Shown: positions 42,001 to 57,000 of the stretch, piece by piece
Layout: the number at the start of each line of letters is the position of its first letter
Numbering within the stretch: position 1 is the first letter of the stretch
Notes under the pieces: generated by a model
The model's input: the letters and a program-made list of their open reading frames with translations, nothing else
What the model was told of the DNA's origin: nothing
Databases searched by the model: none
NCBI GenBank assembly: GCA_051362555.1
Contig: CM120640.1
Location: forward strand, 57,266,788 to 57,330,787
Direction: 5' to 3'
DNA from: Lingula anatina
Lineage: Eukaryota; Animalia; Brachiopoda
DNA: 64,000 nt
Translations under genes and position numbers: made by a program

Positions 42001-45000
42001 TTGCTCAATATCGCAATTCTCTTTAAGGTAAACGTGGAAGTGATTTTATTTCTCTTTGAAGTCCGCACACAAGACTTGACCTGTGGTTTTTAGTATCACT
42101 TCATCAAGTGACTAAATTCTGTTCAAACAGAACTATGTACTCGAGTTTACCTCTCGTGATAGTAAAACAATTGTGTACTGTGGAGTGGAGGCCTCTTTCA
42201 CAAGCCTTGGCTCTTGTTAGAGCAGAGATAACAGCAAGCTGGGATGGGCACACCTGGGGACATCTTATGTCTCATGACTCGGCAGTTCGCAATACCTGAG
42301 CTAAACTGGCCATAGCAACACTGCAATTAGATGCTAAATTTATTAAAAATGATGAAAATTGTCTGCATAGTGCCTTTTTTTGAGTTGCACTGAGATGGCT
42401 TAACTATTCCAAGCATATCTGAAACCAATCCTCAAATTTAATCTCAATGCTCACAATAATTTCAACTGCAATTTGCTTCACGCAATCTGGTTTTTATTAT
42501 ATTAAAATTTCTTTGTAATGACATCTCTTTAACATTTTTGTGAGAAAGCAACACTAAAAATTAACTTTCAATGTCCAGGCCTCCATGTCTTGACACAGCA
42601 TCACTGGAATATTCTGTGGCACCCAGTCAGAAAAAAAAAATTAAAATAATTTTCTTCCAAGAGTAGTATAAGCAGTTTCATACAAGACATGTACATGTAT
42701 AAAAGTCTAAAATGATAATCCTTGTAATTGCCCTTTGTCCTAATGGCCAGACTGGCTGGTATGGGTCGTTATGACCAATGAAATGTATGCACAGAGAGCC
42801 CTGACCAGTAACTTGTGACTAAAGACAATAGAACATCATGGCCTGGACTCTAGCTTTTATAGGGGTCCAGACAATCAGACAATATGTATGTATGCAGAGT
42901 CATATCTTGATCACAGCCTCCATGCGATGTCATCACATGCTCACAAGTACACATGGCTGATCAGCACAGTTAATTTTGAAAAACTACTGCAATCAAATCT
43001 CTTCCCACTTCTGAAGAACCTCCTAAAAGTACTTCACAAGTAGATAAATGTTATAAAGCAATAAGTGCTTGAATATTATATGATAAGGTTGACCAGTTGA
43101 TGGCATGCAAAACCATATGGTGTAAGAATTAGAGATTTTGAATAAACTAAAGAATCTCTTTTATTTAAAAAAAATTGTCAGAACCTAATATTGAATTTTT
43201 ATAAAAATTCAATTAATTATCCTCAATTACAAAAAAAGAAAAGCACAACTTATCCAGTGATAGGATATTTTGGATCAATTTTCAGCATTTTTTGCAGGAA
43301 ATTACTGGATAGATCTTTCCACAAAGAAAGTTTTTACTTATGTGTTCATTCCCAGACCACAAGTCTCCTGTCTGATAACTTTTTAACCACCTGTCAACAA
43401 ACCTCAAATGACCTCTGACCTTTCTATCTGGAGAGGTGCTCTCAAATATAGATACTCTAATCTGTTTGTTAAAGTCAGCTTATGACAATTTACAGGATAG
43501 AATTTCTTTTTAAAATGATATAAGCTGAGGCAAACCATAAAATTTATAGGCTCTTTACCCAAATAAACCACATCTTTTACAATTTTGTCCAAATCTTTTT
43601 TCCATTAGTTCATCCATCACAATGTGTAGAATTAAAAAAAGAAGAAATATAGTATTAAAAACAATAAGATTTTAAATCAGAAATGGACAAAAAGGGCAAC
43701 AAATAAAAAAAACAAACATTTTGCTTGCAAAACAAAATCCTGCAAAATAACTACAGAAAGCTGAACTTTCATTAACCTCCTTCTACCCACTGCCCTTGGC
43801 ACTCAACAACAAACAAAAGACATGTTAAGTACGCCATACTGCCATCCATAGTCACAAATGCACACTTAATCACAAAGGAAAGTAATTAGTACATTAAGTT
43901 TCCTGGCATAGCATATGCTTCCATTAGTGGTAACTGTGTGACATGTCAAGGCACAGGTGCCCACAGCTTCATCAGGGGTTTATGAGGTGCACAGTGGAAA
44001 CCAACAGTGTGTGGGCTCACGCAAGGAAAAGGTTTATTTTCGATTATAGGCTACTAGTCAAACGTTAACTAATTCAATATCTATTTTTTTAGGGTGAGTG
44101 GGTGACATTTTTTCCAGCTGGTCCCCGGATCCTGGTTGCAACTGCAGATAGTTCAGCCATCTTCATCCCATGCTAATCATCTCTGTGATAAGTTATCAAG
44201 CTAGGGGAAGGAGTGGACAGACACGACAAACAGATAAAGGGATCCACAGCATGGGAAAGCACACAAACACACAGAACTAACAGACATGTGAGAGATAGGA
44301 AGACATGGAAAGAAGCTTAGGATGAAGAGACTTTGCTTTTTATCACAGCTTAAATTATTTGTGTTATTAAATATGAGCTCGAGGGTCCATTGAAAGAACC
44401 TTAGGGAGGGGAGTTTCGTCCATTTTTATCAGCTTCCATTCAATACCTGCAACTGAATTGACCTGACAATAAATCCTCAAATCCCAACTTATGTAATGTA
44501 TGGCACATAACTCTGAGGGTGCTGTTTCACTGCAGAGATTAAGGTACTTTTTCACCCTTTTTTATCCAATGTTTCAAACAAACAAAATCACTTTCCACCG
44601 AAGCAATATATGTGCTTTATGTTAAGGACTTAATTTTAAAAAAGATGCATAGACTTATTTTCCTGATAATGTTCTCCACCCACTTGGTCTCCACCTGCAT
44701 GCTGTCATCACCTCAGGTGTTTAGGTAGAGTTGGATTCTCATAAAGATCACTCATAATTTAACCTACCCTGGATATGAAGAGACACCAGCAGAAGTGCCA
44801 GGGAGATAGAGATTAATTCTGAAATTTGCAGTCTGTCTTTTCCAACTTCTTTTATACTTTAACATATGCACTATACATAAAATTACTTTTCTAAAAACAG
44901 AAACTTAATGTACTTTTAGGAAGTTATTACACTTTCATCAATATTTCAATATACCATTCCTACAACTTTCTTGTTTTTTTCTTTAATTCATCATTTCATT

Positions 45001-48000
45001 TTCATAAAACTTCCCCTTGCTGAAAACAACTGCAAGCAAATATTGCACTAAATAAATACATATTATCATTGAAAATGCACAATTCTCCATACCTAATAAA
45101 ACTTAACATCCAATACACCAAACTGGTACCCAAATTAATCAAAACACGATAATTGGTGATATAGCACAAATACATCAAAGGGCTTTTATCACAGAAAAAC
45201 TCAAATATTATTGCATCTGATTTATAACTCCAGCATGTGACTGTCAGGTATATGTAATGGTCTCAGGTGAGGACCACAGATACAGGGTTCACACACATGG
45301 CAACAGGGTGATAATGGCCAGTTCATGCCAATCAGCAAGTTTTAATAATATAGTGAAATCACTGAGATAAGATTACTTTTTCGACCACTGAGTTAGATAA
45401 CAGATATCTGGGCATATTCACGTGTAAAACAGTCTCATTGTTTGAACAATATATATAAAAATGTGCCGTTCATCATCTTTTCATAAACAAAGTGAGAAAC
45501 CTTTCACACTTTCATCTTCATGTCAATGAAAATCGATTGTGAATATTGTGAAGAATTATTGCGTGACATGCTATCTGTTTACATGATAAATGAGATTATA
45601 ATCCTACATATGATAAGGAAAAGCACATACAAATTAATAGATACTCCTTGCATTATCAGTACCTGTAGGATGCTATGATAACAGTGTTAAAATAACAGTG
45701 TTATATTCTCCCCCCCCCCCCCCTCCTTCTCCTCCCAGACTTATAATTCCTTTCCAATTCCATTACAATCTTTCCCAATACCAAAGTGTATCTATCTTCC
45801 CATTTTATACCAGAGTACTGGTGCACAGCAAAGAGAAATAGGATTTCAATAGGAAACCCAGCATAAGTCCCTTCATGTTTCTGTGTCCTTAAAATACTGT
45901 AACACTTTCTCACTTTCATGTCATTGTGCTTTAAGTATTTTTGTGGTGTCTTAAAATTCACAATTCTAAAAGCTAGTCACAGTACAGAGTGGTAAGTATT
46001 TTACATCTGTTCCCAACATTCCTGGCTAGTCTTAGTTGAAGAATGACAATGCATTACACAAATAGAATATCCCTGCTTTAAGTAACATTTTATATCTTTA
46101 TATAAATAATTAGATGACAGCTTGTTAACAGAGATGGGACTCAAAGGTGTTCCTTCTATGAAATCTTAACATAAGCTATATTTTCTTCAATGTCTCTTTA
46201 TTATCATTGTACAACTTAACAATTTATATACCCAAATATTGTTGGCAGTCGTTCATAAATAATGGTCCAGGCACTCCACTTGTCATCCTTTACTTAAGAT
46301 TTGATCCAAATGCAAAGAACAACCACATTATATGTCAATCACAAATCAACATGCTGTACTTGTGGGCACTTGGAAACTCTACTGCTGATGGCTCATGTTC
46401 ATTGTGTAATCAACTCTTAACAGTCTAGCAAGATCTCATCACAACAGGTATTGGCATACTATAATCATAATTTCTGCACAAGGTTGACCTTTACCTTGTC
46501 AGTTATTTAGGATAGTGAAAATAAACCCATCATTAAAAGGCATAGTAATGTGTTTAAAAAAAATTGTCCAGAACCTTGATATAATCAGTGAAATGATCCA
46601 CCTTCAGCAACTAGTACTAACTAAACACACTAACCAAACAGAGGTTCACCTACCGCATTAGCCAGCTGCTTGAAGTCTAGTCCATCATAGTGGTTCCTCT
46701 CTGGGGTCTTGTTGACCACATTACCATACTGTGGCTCTATCCAACACTCAGTGATAATCTGAATCTCACCATCACTCTCAGCACGCTCTTCCACATCTGT
46801 GTCGCTCTCTGAGAAGCTGAAAAAAAGCAATGGACAGACAGATAAGGTCAGTCACACTTACTAGATTACAAACAAAAAAGAGAATATATTACATGCTATA
46901 GCCACATTCGGGAGACAGGTTTACGTTGACAATCATTTCATTTGTTATCTGCAGCAAGTTGGCTGAACATTTGTATGAATTAAGCTACAGTTTATATCAT
47001 TATTTTAGTGCATTTTTCTTTTATTACTTTTAAGTAAAGCTGTTAAAACAACACACACAAATATGAAATTATTTTATCCAACTCCTCCTCAGAAAATTAC
47101 ACATATCTAAAAAGAGTAAATATTCCATCCACCATACAGTCAACTAAACTTTTTGTTGTTATTTGTTCAACAAAGGAATAATGGGCTGAATACTCCAGCA
47201 ACAGTTTGATATTTTACCTTTCCTTTGTAGTAGTATGAGGTGGGAAGAGGACATACTGCATCACACAGGGCTGCAGCTCTGTGTCATCTTCACACTTAGG
47301 ATCCTGTCATAAAATAACACTAGCTATGAAGAAAATGTAATTTTCAATATAAATCATCATCATTAACAAGGTCAAACATAAGCTTGCACTTCCTAAGATT
47401 GTAAAAATAGCGTGTGTAAGTGACATTTGTACTGATAAATGGTAAATACTTGTCTTTCTGAGACCTAATTGTATGCAGATTACATATTAAGTCATGTGTC
47501 TACTTCCCTCTTAAATATGAGAATGTGAGAAAAAATAAATATGGACTTCTATTACAAAAGTTCAGAATATCTGTAAGTGTAAAACAGCATGACAGTTATG
47601 TGCATTACCTTCATCTGCATTTCAACCACCATGTTAACAATGCCAGAGCTGGTGTGAGCAAAATGGAAGCCTTCTTGAAGACGGATCCTGAGGTAAATAC
47701 AAACTTCACTCTGAATTTCTTTTAAAATTCTGTTAATTGCACTATGGCACGCCTGAACATTTTATTCTTAAGTAAATATTTCTTATATAAGTTTTCCACA
47801 CAAACTAAGGTGCCATCTCTACCTGTTCTATACAAAATGAAATTGAAAATTTATCTTTATCCTGAGGTTCAAGCTCTATTCTACTACGTACATATCTGGG
47901 TATGGGAATATTTGGACATATAACCTTAAATTAATCTGATGTTAGCCTATGAACTACCTTATCATTGACTGACATCCATTAAAATATCCCAATCTTATAA

Positions 48001-51000
48001 TTATGTACATAATGTAAGATAAACTTACTTAGAGAGTGTTGTGAGCACTCGGCCTATAGCCTGTAGACTTGGTGGAGAGGAGAGCTTGTCTTGGACTGAC
48101 CACACCCACCTCCTGTGGTACAAGTACTTGGACAATGTGGTGAACAGACTGGATGCAGACTTAGTCAAACTGACCTGGGTCATCCCCAGCTGGGCAGAAT
48201 CACGATAAGGGTTCTCCATGGACATAAAGTCTTCTGGGATCTTTTCGTACCTTGGAGAATCAAACATAGTTATAAATGTTTGTATTTACTGATGAAAATT
48301 TAGAAGTTTCATGCTTTTGATGCTCACACTTCCCAATATGTTGATAAAAAATGTTTCATGTAAGAAAATACATTTCAAATTCAACAATCCCAAAAATTCA
48401 TAACCAATTAACAAATACTCACAAAAAGTCTAATAGCCCATTCTGTTCTAAATAAAATAATTATCTTGAATGTCAAAACTTATATAAACCTGATCAAGAT
48501 CTTTTCCACTGGTTTGTTCATGAGAATACAGCAGCGTATCTCTGCCCTCTGTCTCTGCAGAGGTGGCTTCCAAACCTGTACTGGACTGGTCACTTGAGAG
48601 TGACCAGGGGTCTGAGACAGGCCCTCCTTCTGAGTGCCACGCTGGGGGAAGTTCAGGGTCAACAACTTGGCCTTCACTTTGTTCACAATCTAGAAAGCAA
48701 ATATACATCATTTTACATTTAGGCTGAACATTCAATATTACTTTGAAGCTCATTTCTCCCTAGAAATAGACCTTGTATCCATTTTTCAATAACTAGCCCC
48801 CAAAAAACTATTAATTTTCAATCTATTTCTTTGACTTAAGAAATCTGTCGGTCGCAGCACAAGTTTTGTGTGGCTTATATCATCAAAATAAAGTCTCATC
48901 AAATTTTTGTCACACAACCTCATTTCACTTATCCTTAAAGTCCTAGGAAAAGGCAGCCTTCAAAAACCATACAGGGAGGCTTGGATGTCATAATAAACTT
49001 GTTACCTCATTCCTCTTGTGTCCAGGTGTCCCTGTGGGGAAGGCCACCCTCAGCACCATACATGGGGGCTTGGATGTCACTCTGATCACATAAAATGAGC
49101 TGGGAGGCTTGTCTGGTTCCCTAATCACATAGAAATATAGGATGCAGACTGCAAACAGGTGAGCTGAAGATTTTTTCCATTCAGTCTATGACACATTTGT
49201 AAAAGGATTTCTCATTTTTCAAAGTAAGATCATATGCAAAATCTAACACTTATACAAATACACTAAATATACAAATATAATAAATACAGATTATAGAGTC
49301 CAACAAAGGATGTTTTGTGCACATGCTTTATTTGTACAGGTATCACTTACCACAATAAACAAATTTTCAAATTTAGTCAATTACTCTTTCATACCTCTCA
49401 AGCTAAGTGCTTACCCAATCAATTTGATATAAGAATGGTTTTCCATCAGAATGAAGCTGCTCCAGTCTTTCAGCAACTCATTCATGGAGGTCAGAGCTTG
49501 TCTGCACATCACAGTATTGAAGCGGCTGTTGGAGTTTGGGATATGCAGGTGTTTGGGCAATGGCATGTCATGCTCCAGAATGATGCCTATGCGATGAGTA
49601 TGCATCCACTTTTGCCTGCATAAAACAATTGTAACAACCAATTTATTATTGAACTGAAATGTGCAATTCATACTATACAGGACAGCAAGACCACATTTAT
49701 TTCTTATTCCAATTTTTTTTTTTTAAATTTATTTGATTCTTGCATGTTTTACTTGCCATATATTGATGTCCAGCATCATAATTGGCTTCCAAAATGAAGC
49801 AAACTGAGACAGAGCCGTGTCCCTGAAAAAATGAAGTGATATCAGTAAGGACATTACTTTAAAACATCAACTGTAACGAATCTTAATAGGATAAGCATCT
49901 TTACAAACTCTCAAAAGAAGAAATTGTCCACGATATCCACAAACAAAATACAAGAAACATCAACATTAGCCTAATCTACTCAATTAACTCTTTAATTAGT
50001 TGATTTTTAAACTCTGACTGTAAGCTACTTTATGTTTTACAGCTACAGCCTGGTAACCAAAGTCTATCCTTCACAAAACACTCACTTTGAGCTTTGCTGT
50101 ATGTAGAGCTGAGGACTGGGGGAGTTGGTGGGTAACACAAACAAAGGCACTCCACTCTTGATGTTCTCAGGGATGGTGTAGAAGGCTGGATTGCTGGCAA
50201 AGGATTGGATATGCACCATCAACTGATCAACTTGAGTTAGGCTAAAATAGAATAAACATGTTTTAAAAAATAAAACAAAACCACATATTCAAAGCTATAT
50301 AGACAATTCTTGACTATGAATAAAACATTCTGGTGGCGTCTTATACATTTTTGTATTTAAATTGAAATGAAAATATGTCACAAATAATATATATAATTTA
50401 TATGTATATCATTAACCTCCTGTACTTCTTTATTGACACAAACAAGACAGGCTCAACAACATATCATATCATGGTACAGTAGTCTTTCCTCTAAATCACT
50501 GCATATAACTACTGCAAGATGAAAGACACTGGTTGGTCAAGCTACCCCTGTTGCATGAGCCAGAAAGTTTTGACCATGGCTGTCCGGTAGGGACTCCTGA
50601 ATGGTTTCTTTTGTGTGCACGTCACATCATGAAGGAACTCGTAGCAGCCCTCTGTCGTCACCTCAACATGGGTCATCATCCTAAAAGACATCAAATAAGG
50701 CAATAAAAACTTATTATTTTAATTTAAATTTACACACACACATGCGCAACAATGTAAGCACACACACATCATTTCTTTCTGTTCAATTCATAACAAAGAT
50801 ATCAAATGATAAAAAATAAAAACAGCTGAATACAATTACTCTGGCTGTTTCAAATGTAAATATATAACTTTATCCTTCATGGCCATAAAAGAAAAATTTG
50901 CATAAAATAGCAAAGATAATGCAAAAGAAGGCAATTTGTAAAGTAATATTGTGACAATACACAAACCCATGCAAACATGTAACACTAAAAAACCAATCCT

Positions 51001-54000
51001 TCCAAAATAAGTCACAAAGCAAAACAAAAAACTAAGACAAAACTATATTACTTTACAACATCTATGCAAATTTTGTCCACTTGAAAATGCAAAGTCAAGT
51101 TACCTACCCCAACAAACATTAAAAACTATTAGTATTCAGAATCCCGAGTTTTTCTTTAAACACCTGTAGTCACCTATCTGTCATTACAGAAAGCTAACAA
51201 TTTTTATAACTATCTATTACCTATAATCATAAAAGTACATAAACCAATTCATTCCATGGGCCTTAATACTGATAATTTGATGATGTTTCACCAAGAAAAA
51301 CACTGATCCATGAAAGCAAGAATGGAGGGAAAATCTTAAAAGCAGTGGGCTTTGAATATGAATATCTGTTCAGCTCTGGTATGAAATAAAAAGCAAAATC
51401 AGCAAAGAAGTGGATCCATATGGAAGGATGTGTATGCTGTACACCATAAAAATTAGGTAAGGAAATGAGTCTTAAATCAATAAAATCAAAGCAAACTGAT
51501 CATGTTTGAAGGGGTAAATTAATTCTTCAACAACTTTTACATTCTGATGAAGTAACATCTTACATCCTATTGGATTGATCTTCATATTCCACAGTCAATA
51601 ATTATAAGATATTTTATCAAAAAAATGGATAAATAAAACTTATAATATATTTATTTGAAAAGCAAAGATCAGGTGGGTGCACAATTGGTTTAAGCAAAAT
51701 GAACTAAGAAACCCAAATAAGGCACAAACACAAATGATAGACAAATAAATAGTCCCTTGCTTTAGAGCAAAAAGCAGACCACAAAGCTCATAACTAACCT
51801 CCCTTCCATCACTTTAAATGATACAGTGTCTGTTTTTGACTTGCTAAAAGAAAAATGACAAAGCTAGGAAAATTAGGAAAAAAGAAAGAAAAGAAATGGG
51901 AAGACAAGCAAAAAAGTGAGCACATAAACTGAAATATGACAGCTTGTTAACAGCCTGCTAAATATTAAACACATTCTCAACCACAATGACAAACTCTAAA
52001 CATAATAAATGTCTGAAATCTTGCAGTGTTATAATTTTCACCATTAACTGAAAATAATCAAAGAGGCCACAGAAAACAAAAAAAAAAAACACCCGAGTCC
52101 TGGTGCCTTTTTGAAAGTTCTACATCAAAATGACATTTAGATATAACTAAATGAGAAAGATATTGGCCACAATGTGTTGCACATGTTCAGGGTTCAGGGC
52201 GGAGGAAAAATCAGAATCACACTTTATGTTTTCTGTGCTTTGCTTCCATAAAATTCTAATGCTAGAAAACATATCAAAAATGTCCCCATTTCTTGCACAG
52301 GATGTTCATTAAAACTTATTTCACAATATACAAGTGAACATATCAGTGTTTATATAAGGGTATTCACCTTATCTATTCATTAACTATAACTTACCTTTCT
52401 CTGATGATAGGCCATGAAGCAATGGCTAGATACTCTATCCTAACATTGTCTCTCCATGGCAACACAAGATGGACCTCAATCTGACTTTCTCCTGAAAATC
52501 AAACCATTATATTTTTTTATTCCAATATATACTTATACTGATAGAAAAAAATTGTAGAGAATCTGCTTAAATTCTTCAAGTGCACAGTGTGTCAGCATAA
52601 AACTGGTACACTAACTTACCCCTGGTGATGGCTACATTTTTGATAGTGAACCCTTCTCTTAGCCTCACTGATATCACATCTAGTATGTTGGCATGCAGGT
52701 TTTTTTCCATGTGTTTCTTCCTCATGGGTGGGGACTCCCAAACTGAATGATTGCCCAGGGTAAGAGGCTTCCTGGCCATTTAGAAATCACAAGATACATG
52801 ATATTATTACTTGATTATATGAGAAAATTCTTTGTCACTATATGTCCAATATTAATTGCTATATGAAATATGAAGTAAAAGTGACTGGCTGACAAAGTGT
52901 ATAAGGGATGGATTCCAAAGTGTATATAATGTTTATGTGAAAAAAAAAAATCTTAACACTGGAGAGTACACCAAGAGAACAACATCTACTAAGGCAAAAT
53001 GTAAAAAAAAAAAAAAAAAAAAAGACCCATATTCATTTCTTTTCCTCTGGAACTGTCTATTAAAAAAAATCAATTAAATTGGTTAAGAACTTTTTGATAT
53101 TGAATGAAAATGTAGCCTTCTTTGTTGACAAAGACAAGAATAATGTTTTCAAGTATCACAACCAAGAATGTGTTTTGTTACCTGACACCAAAATTGACAT
53201 CTTCCCATCCATCTAGTTCCATACTAAGATTGGCATTCTTGAATTTCCATCCAAACAGAGCTTTATGATAGCAGTTCATCTCAAATGTGTCAGAGGAAGT
53301 CTGGAATATGTACACTTAGAATTAAAGACAAAATCAATCTCTTCACTCGTAAAGATGAACACCTTGAGTTTTTAAGCATCTTTCTGAGCTTGGAGAAATA
53401 TACAGATCTTTTGTCTTCCTAAAGTTTGGTTGGTGAGTAATGCATTGTCAAATCAGCTCCCAAAGAAAGGTAAAGCAGGTAAAGCCATAAAAAAGACAGA
53501 ACTTGACAAAAGCTTTATATCACTTGTATAGATGTACTATTTCAGATTACCACGTCAGGAGGCCCCTTGAAGTAAGCACCAAATGTGGCCTTGGCAAGAA
53601 ATTGCAGCAACTCTGTACAAGGTACTAGTCCAAAGTTATTGTTGGCATGGCAACCACTTCCAATCTGCAGCACAGAGCATGTGACTGTGCTGTTTCTCAA
53701 TTGCGCCAGCAATGACTCAAATATCAGGGCATCAGGAAGACTGACAACTCCATCCGTGATGATAATGATACCTATGGGTAACAGAATATTCGTCTTGTAA
53801 AAAAACAATACTATTTACTAATATATGTATAGATCTGAGCTTGTGTTAATTGTTACAGATAATGACAATGTTACTTGTTACCTCACAGTAAAAATCTGCA
53901 CTTACCTGCGCTGCTGTTTTCAGGTAACAACTGTAGTGCCAGGATGCCGTACCTGAGCAGGTTGACAAACCCTGAGTCTGCTGCCACCATGGAGTCAGGC

Positions 54001-57000
54001 TGAGGGTCTATATCAGCCAGGTTGCCATCTTCTTTTGGATACAAGCCAAACATCACACTCTCATCATCCTGTGAACCATGATTAAGAAATTGAACAGTAC
54101 ACAAAAAGATGAAATTATTCTTCCAGAATTAACTTAACACCTGAATCTGTGTTCAGATTAAGCCCAGTTACAAGCATTAGAGTCAACAACTTTTTAAAAA
54201 TAAAAATAATGTAACTGGCTTGATCTCTCTTCATTTAAAGCCAGTATAAATACCACAGGTGTGATACATTTTCAAGGTTTAATTAAAAATCAATTAATAT
54301 TAAAAATTAATATTTTAAAAATCAATGTATACAAGTGTATTTTATAATGGAACCTTATAAATCCAAGGTAACACAGCTTTAATATACCAATTGGCATATT
54401 ATAAACCAACAACATCTTAAGATGTCACATCTGCAAAGTGGATGCAGGGTAGGATGTATCCAAACCACCACTTTTGCTTGTGAGTTTTTCAGCATTTTTC
54501 CTTCACCTTCCGAAGCAATGTTATAAATAAGCAATAAAGCATTTGGTATGTACAATGCAACAAACACTGTGTGATGAATGCTAGGAGAAATGGAAAATGT
54601 CTTCTCTGGAAAAAACATTTTCATGTGAAATACTTTACTCAGTGTTCTCCAACTCACATCAAAGCTTGGCATCTCCTTGGCAAATGGTTCAAAGCTCTGT
54701 GCCATATAGTTTTCCAACTCGGTTATCTTCTCTTTGATCACTGCCAGGAACTCTTCAACATTCTCATGTGTGACATGGCAACCCTGAACAAGAACCTGTG
54801 CATAAAAGAGAAGAAAAAACATAGAAAAAAATGAAGACCATAAACAAGATAAAAATGCAAAATGTCATGAAAATATGACAAACTGTCTGATCAAGTTAAA
54901 GCAGTTGCACGTGTTGTGGGCATGAAGAGTGTCAGATTATGCATTACCAAATTTATATGCTATATTTGTTAAAACACAATGTACAAGGCTGACACTGTAA
55001 TTATGTATACTTCATAGTTTATATCCAAATAACAGTCATTAGATTGTAAAAGCAAGACTACACTTGATAATGTTGGACTGTAAGAAGAACCAATCTTTAT
55101 CTTACTTGCTTAGCCTTGCAGCTAACAATTGGTGCATATGTGACCACTGTGATGTAAAGCTGAGGTTCAATTCTCAGCAAGCTACCAGGGATATAGAACT
55201 GAAACACAAATAGATTTTACTCTGATTAACTGAAAATTCAAAATTGGATACATTATGTGCTGATGGAATTCTTTGAATTTAGCCCTTTAATGAAATGTCA
55301 ATTGGTTACAAAAGCTGTTTATGTAAGCACTGTACAGCAGGTCAAATGATACTGAATAGTTGTTGTTAATTTAAAACACATCTTCTCAAATTTTGCTTCA
55401 ATCTGTGCCATAGTTTATGAAAGACAACCAATAAGGCAAATTATATGACTTAATCCCAGATAAGGCCGTAGCATACTTACTGGTTGAGCTAATCCAAGGA
55501 GAGATTTCTTCAGAGCCAAAAATACTTCAGTTATCAAAACTGAACAATGGTTGATATCCTGAAATAAATAGTTATTTCTAATAATATGAAGTCTAAGAAT
55601 AACATACATAAATATACATCTATTCTTTTGATTTTCTTTACTAAATATTTTATATTTTAATGTAATAGGTAATACATAAACACAATAACATACTCTTTCC
55701 TCACAGATACCTTTTTCTTACTATATTAAAGAGCTTAAATATAAACACTGATATCATGTCAGGCGAAATGTTGAAATCAACACTGCCTAGTAGCAAATTA
55801 CAAGGTGAATTTATAATCTTGTGAAAACAAGACCTCTAAGCTTGTTTCAAATGTAAAGTAAGTAGTTTTTTTCAAAAACAGGAAAATTTCTGGTTAAGTG
55901 GTGAAGCAAAAATCCATCATAGTGACCTCAAAAGCCACTTAATGATTATTTGTTGATGTACACTACTGTGACCCCTAATCTATATCTAAAGTAAATGCTC
56001 TCCTGTCACTCACCACAGAGCCTGAAGACGGACTGAGGTCCAGTGCATACACCAATCTATACCGCCTAGCAAAGAATGTGAGCACTGTGTTACTGGTCAG
56101 TCTGTACTGAGGCCTCTTCCCTCCCCTCTTCTGTATCCTGGCAGGTTCTCTGGGAACCACTGATATCACTTCTATCTCGTGTGTGTACTCAGACTGGAGA
56201 TGTATGCAGAAATATTTTACAATTATTTCATTTACTCAGTCCAAATATATTTATTTGGCAAACAAATCTATAACATTTAGGAAAAAAACTTGTTTTAAAT
56301 GAAATAATATAAATTATATATTATTAAGTTCATGCTATCTTTTACATTTTTAACCTTCCCCCTGTGTTTAATGCTTACATAAGGTTTTTTTTCCATTCAA
56401 CACTTACCAGATTTGACTTAGGTGTATATTCAATGACTTGATTGAGGTGCCCAAAATACCAGAGTGCTCTTATATTTCTTGAGATCCTATACTCCCTTTT
56501 CATCAGCACGTACACATTACCTGCCTCCAGGATCTGGAAGATGTGCAGCTTGTTTAGGAAAGCAAATAATAAAAACACCATTTTGACAAGTGAAATTCTA
56601 TTAAACAGTTGTTCTCTCAGTTTGTGCCATAGGCTGTTTACTAATGTGTAGAGTTCTTGGATCAAAGGTATGAAGAAATGTGAAGTTATAATGTACTCCC
56701 ACTCTGGGTCTCCTATTATACATGGGTTCCATGTTACTAGTATGTATTTGCCAAAAAAAGGTACGAGTCAGATGTGTATTCTACTGATAACTGCCAAATT
56801 AAATGAAACTTTATTCATAAGCATTTTGAAAAGGAACACCAAAGTAATTATTCGAATTTCAAAACAAAAATTTGAAAGATATTAAGACTTAGAGGGTGCA
56901 GTTTTGATCACAATTTTTTCAGTGTAGAACAGTTATTTCCACGATAGCTGTTTGGTTAAGCTTAAGATTAAAATCATTCTCAAGTCAACCCCTCATTTTA

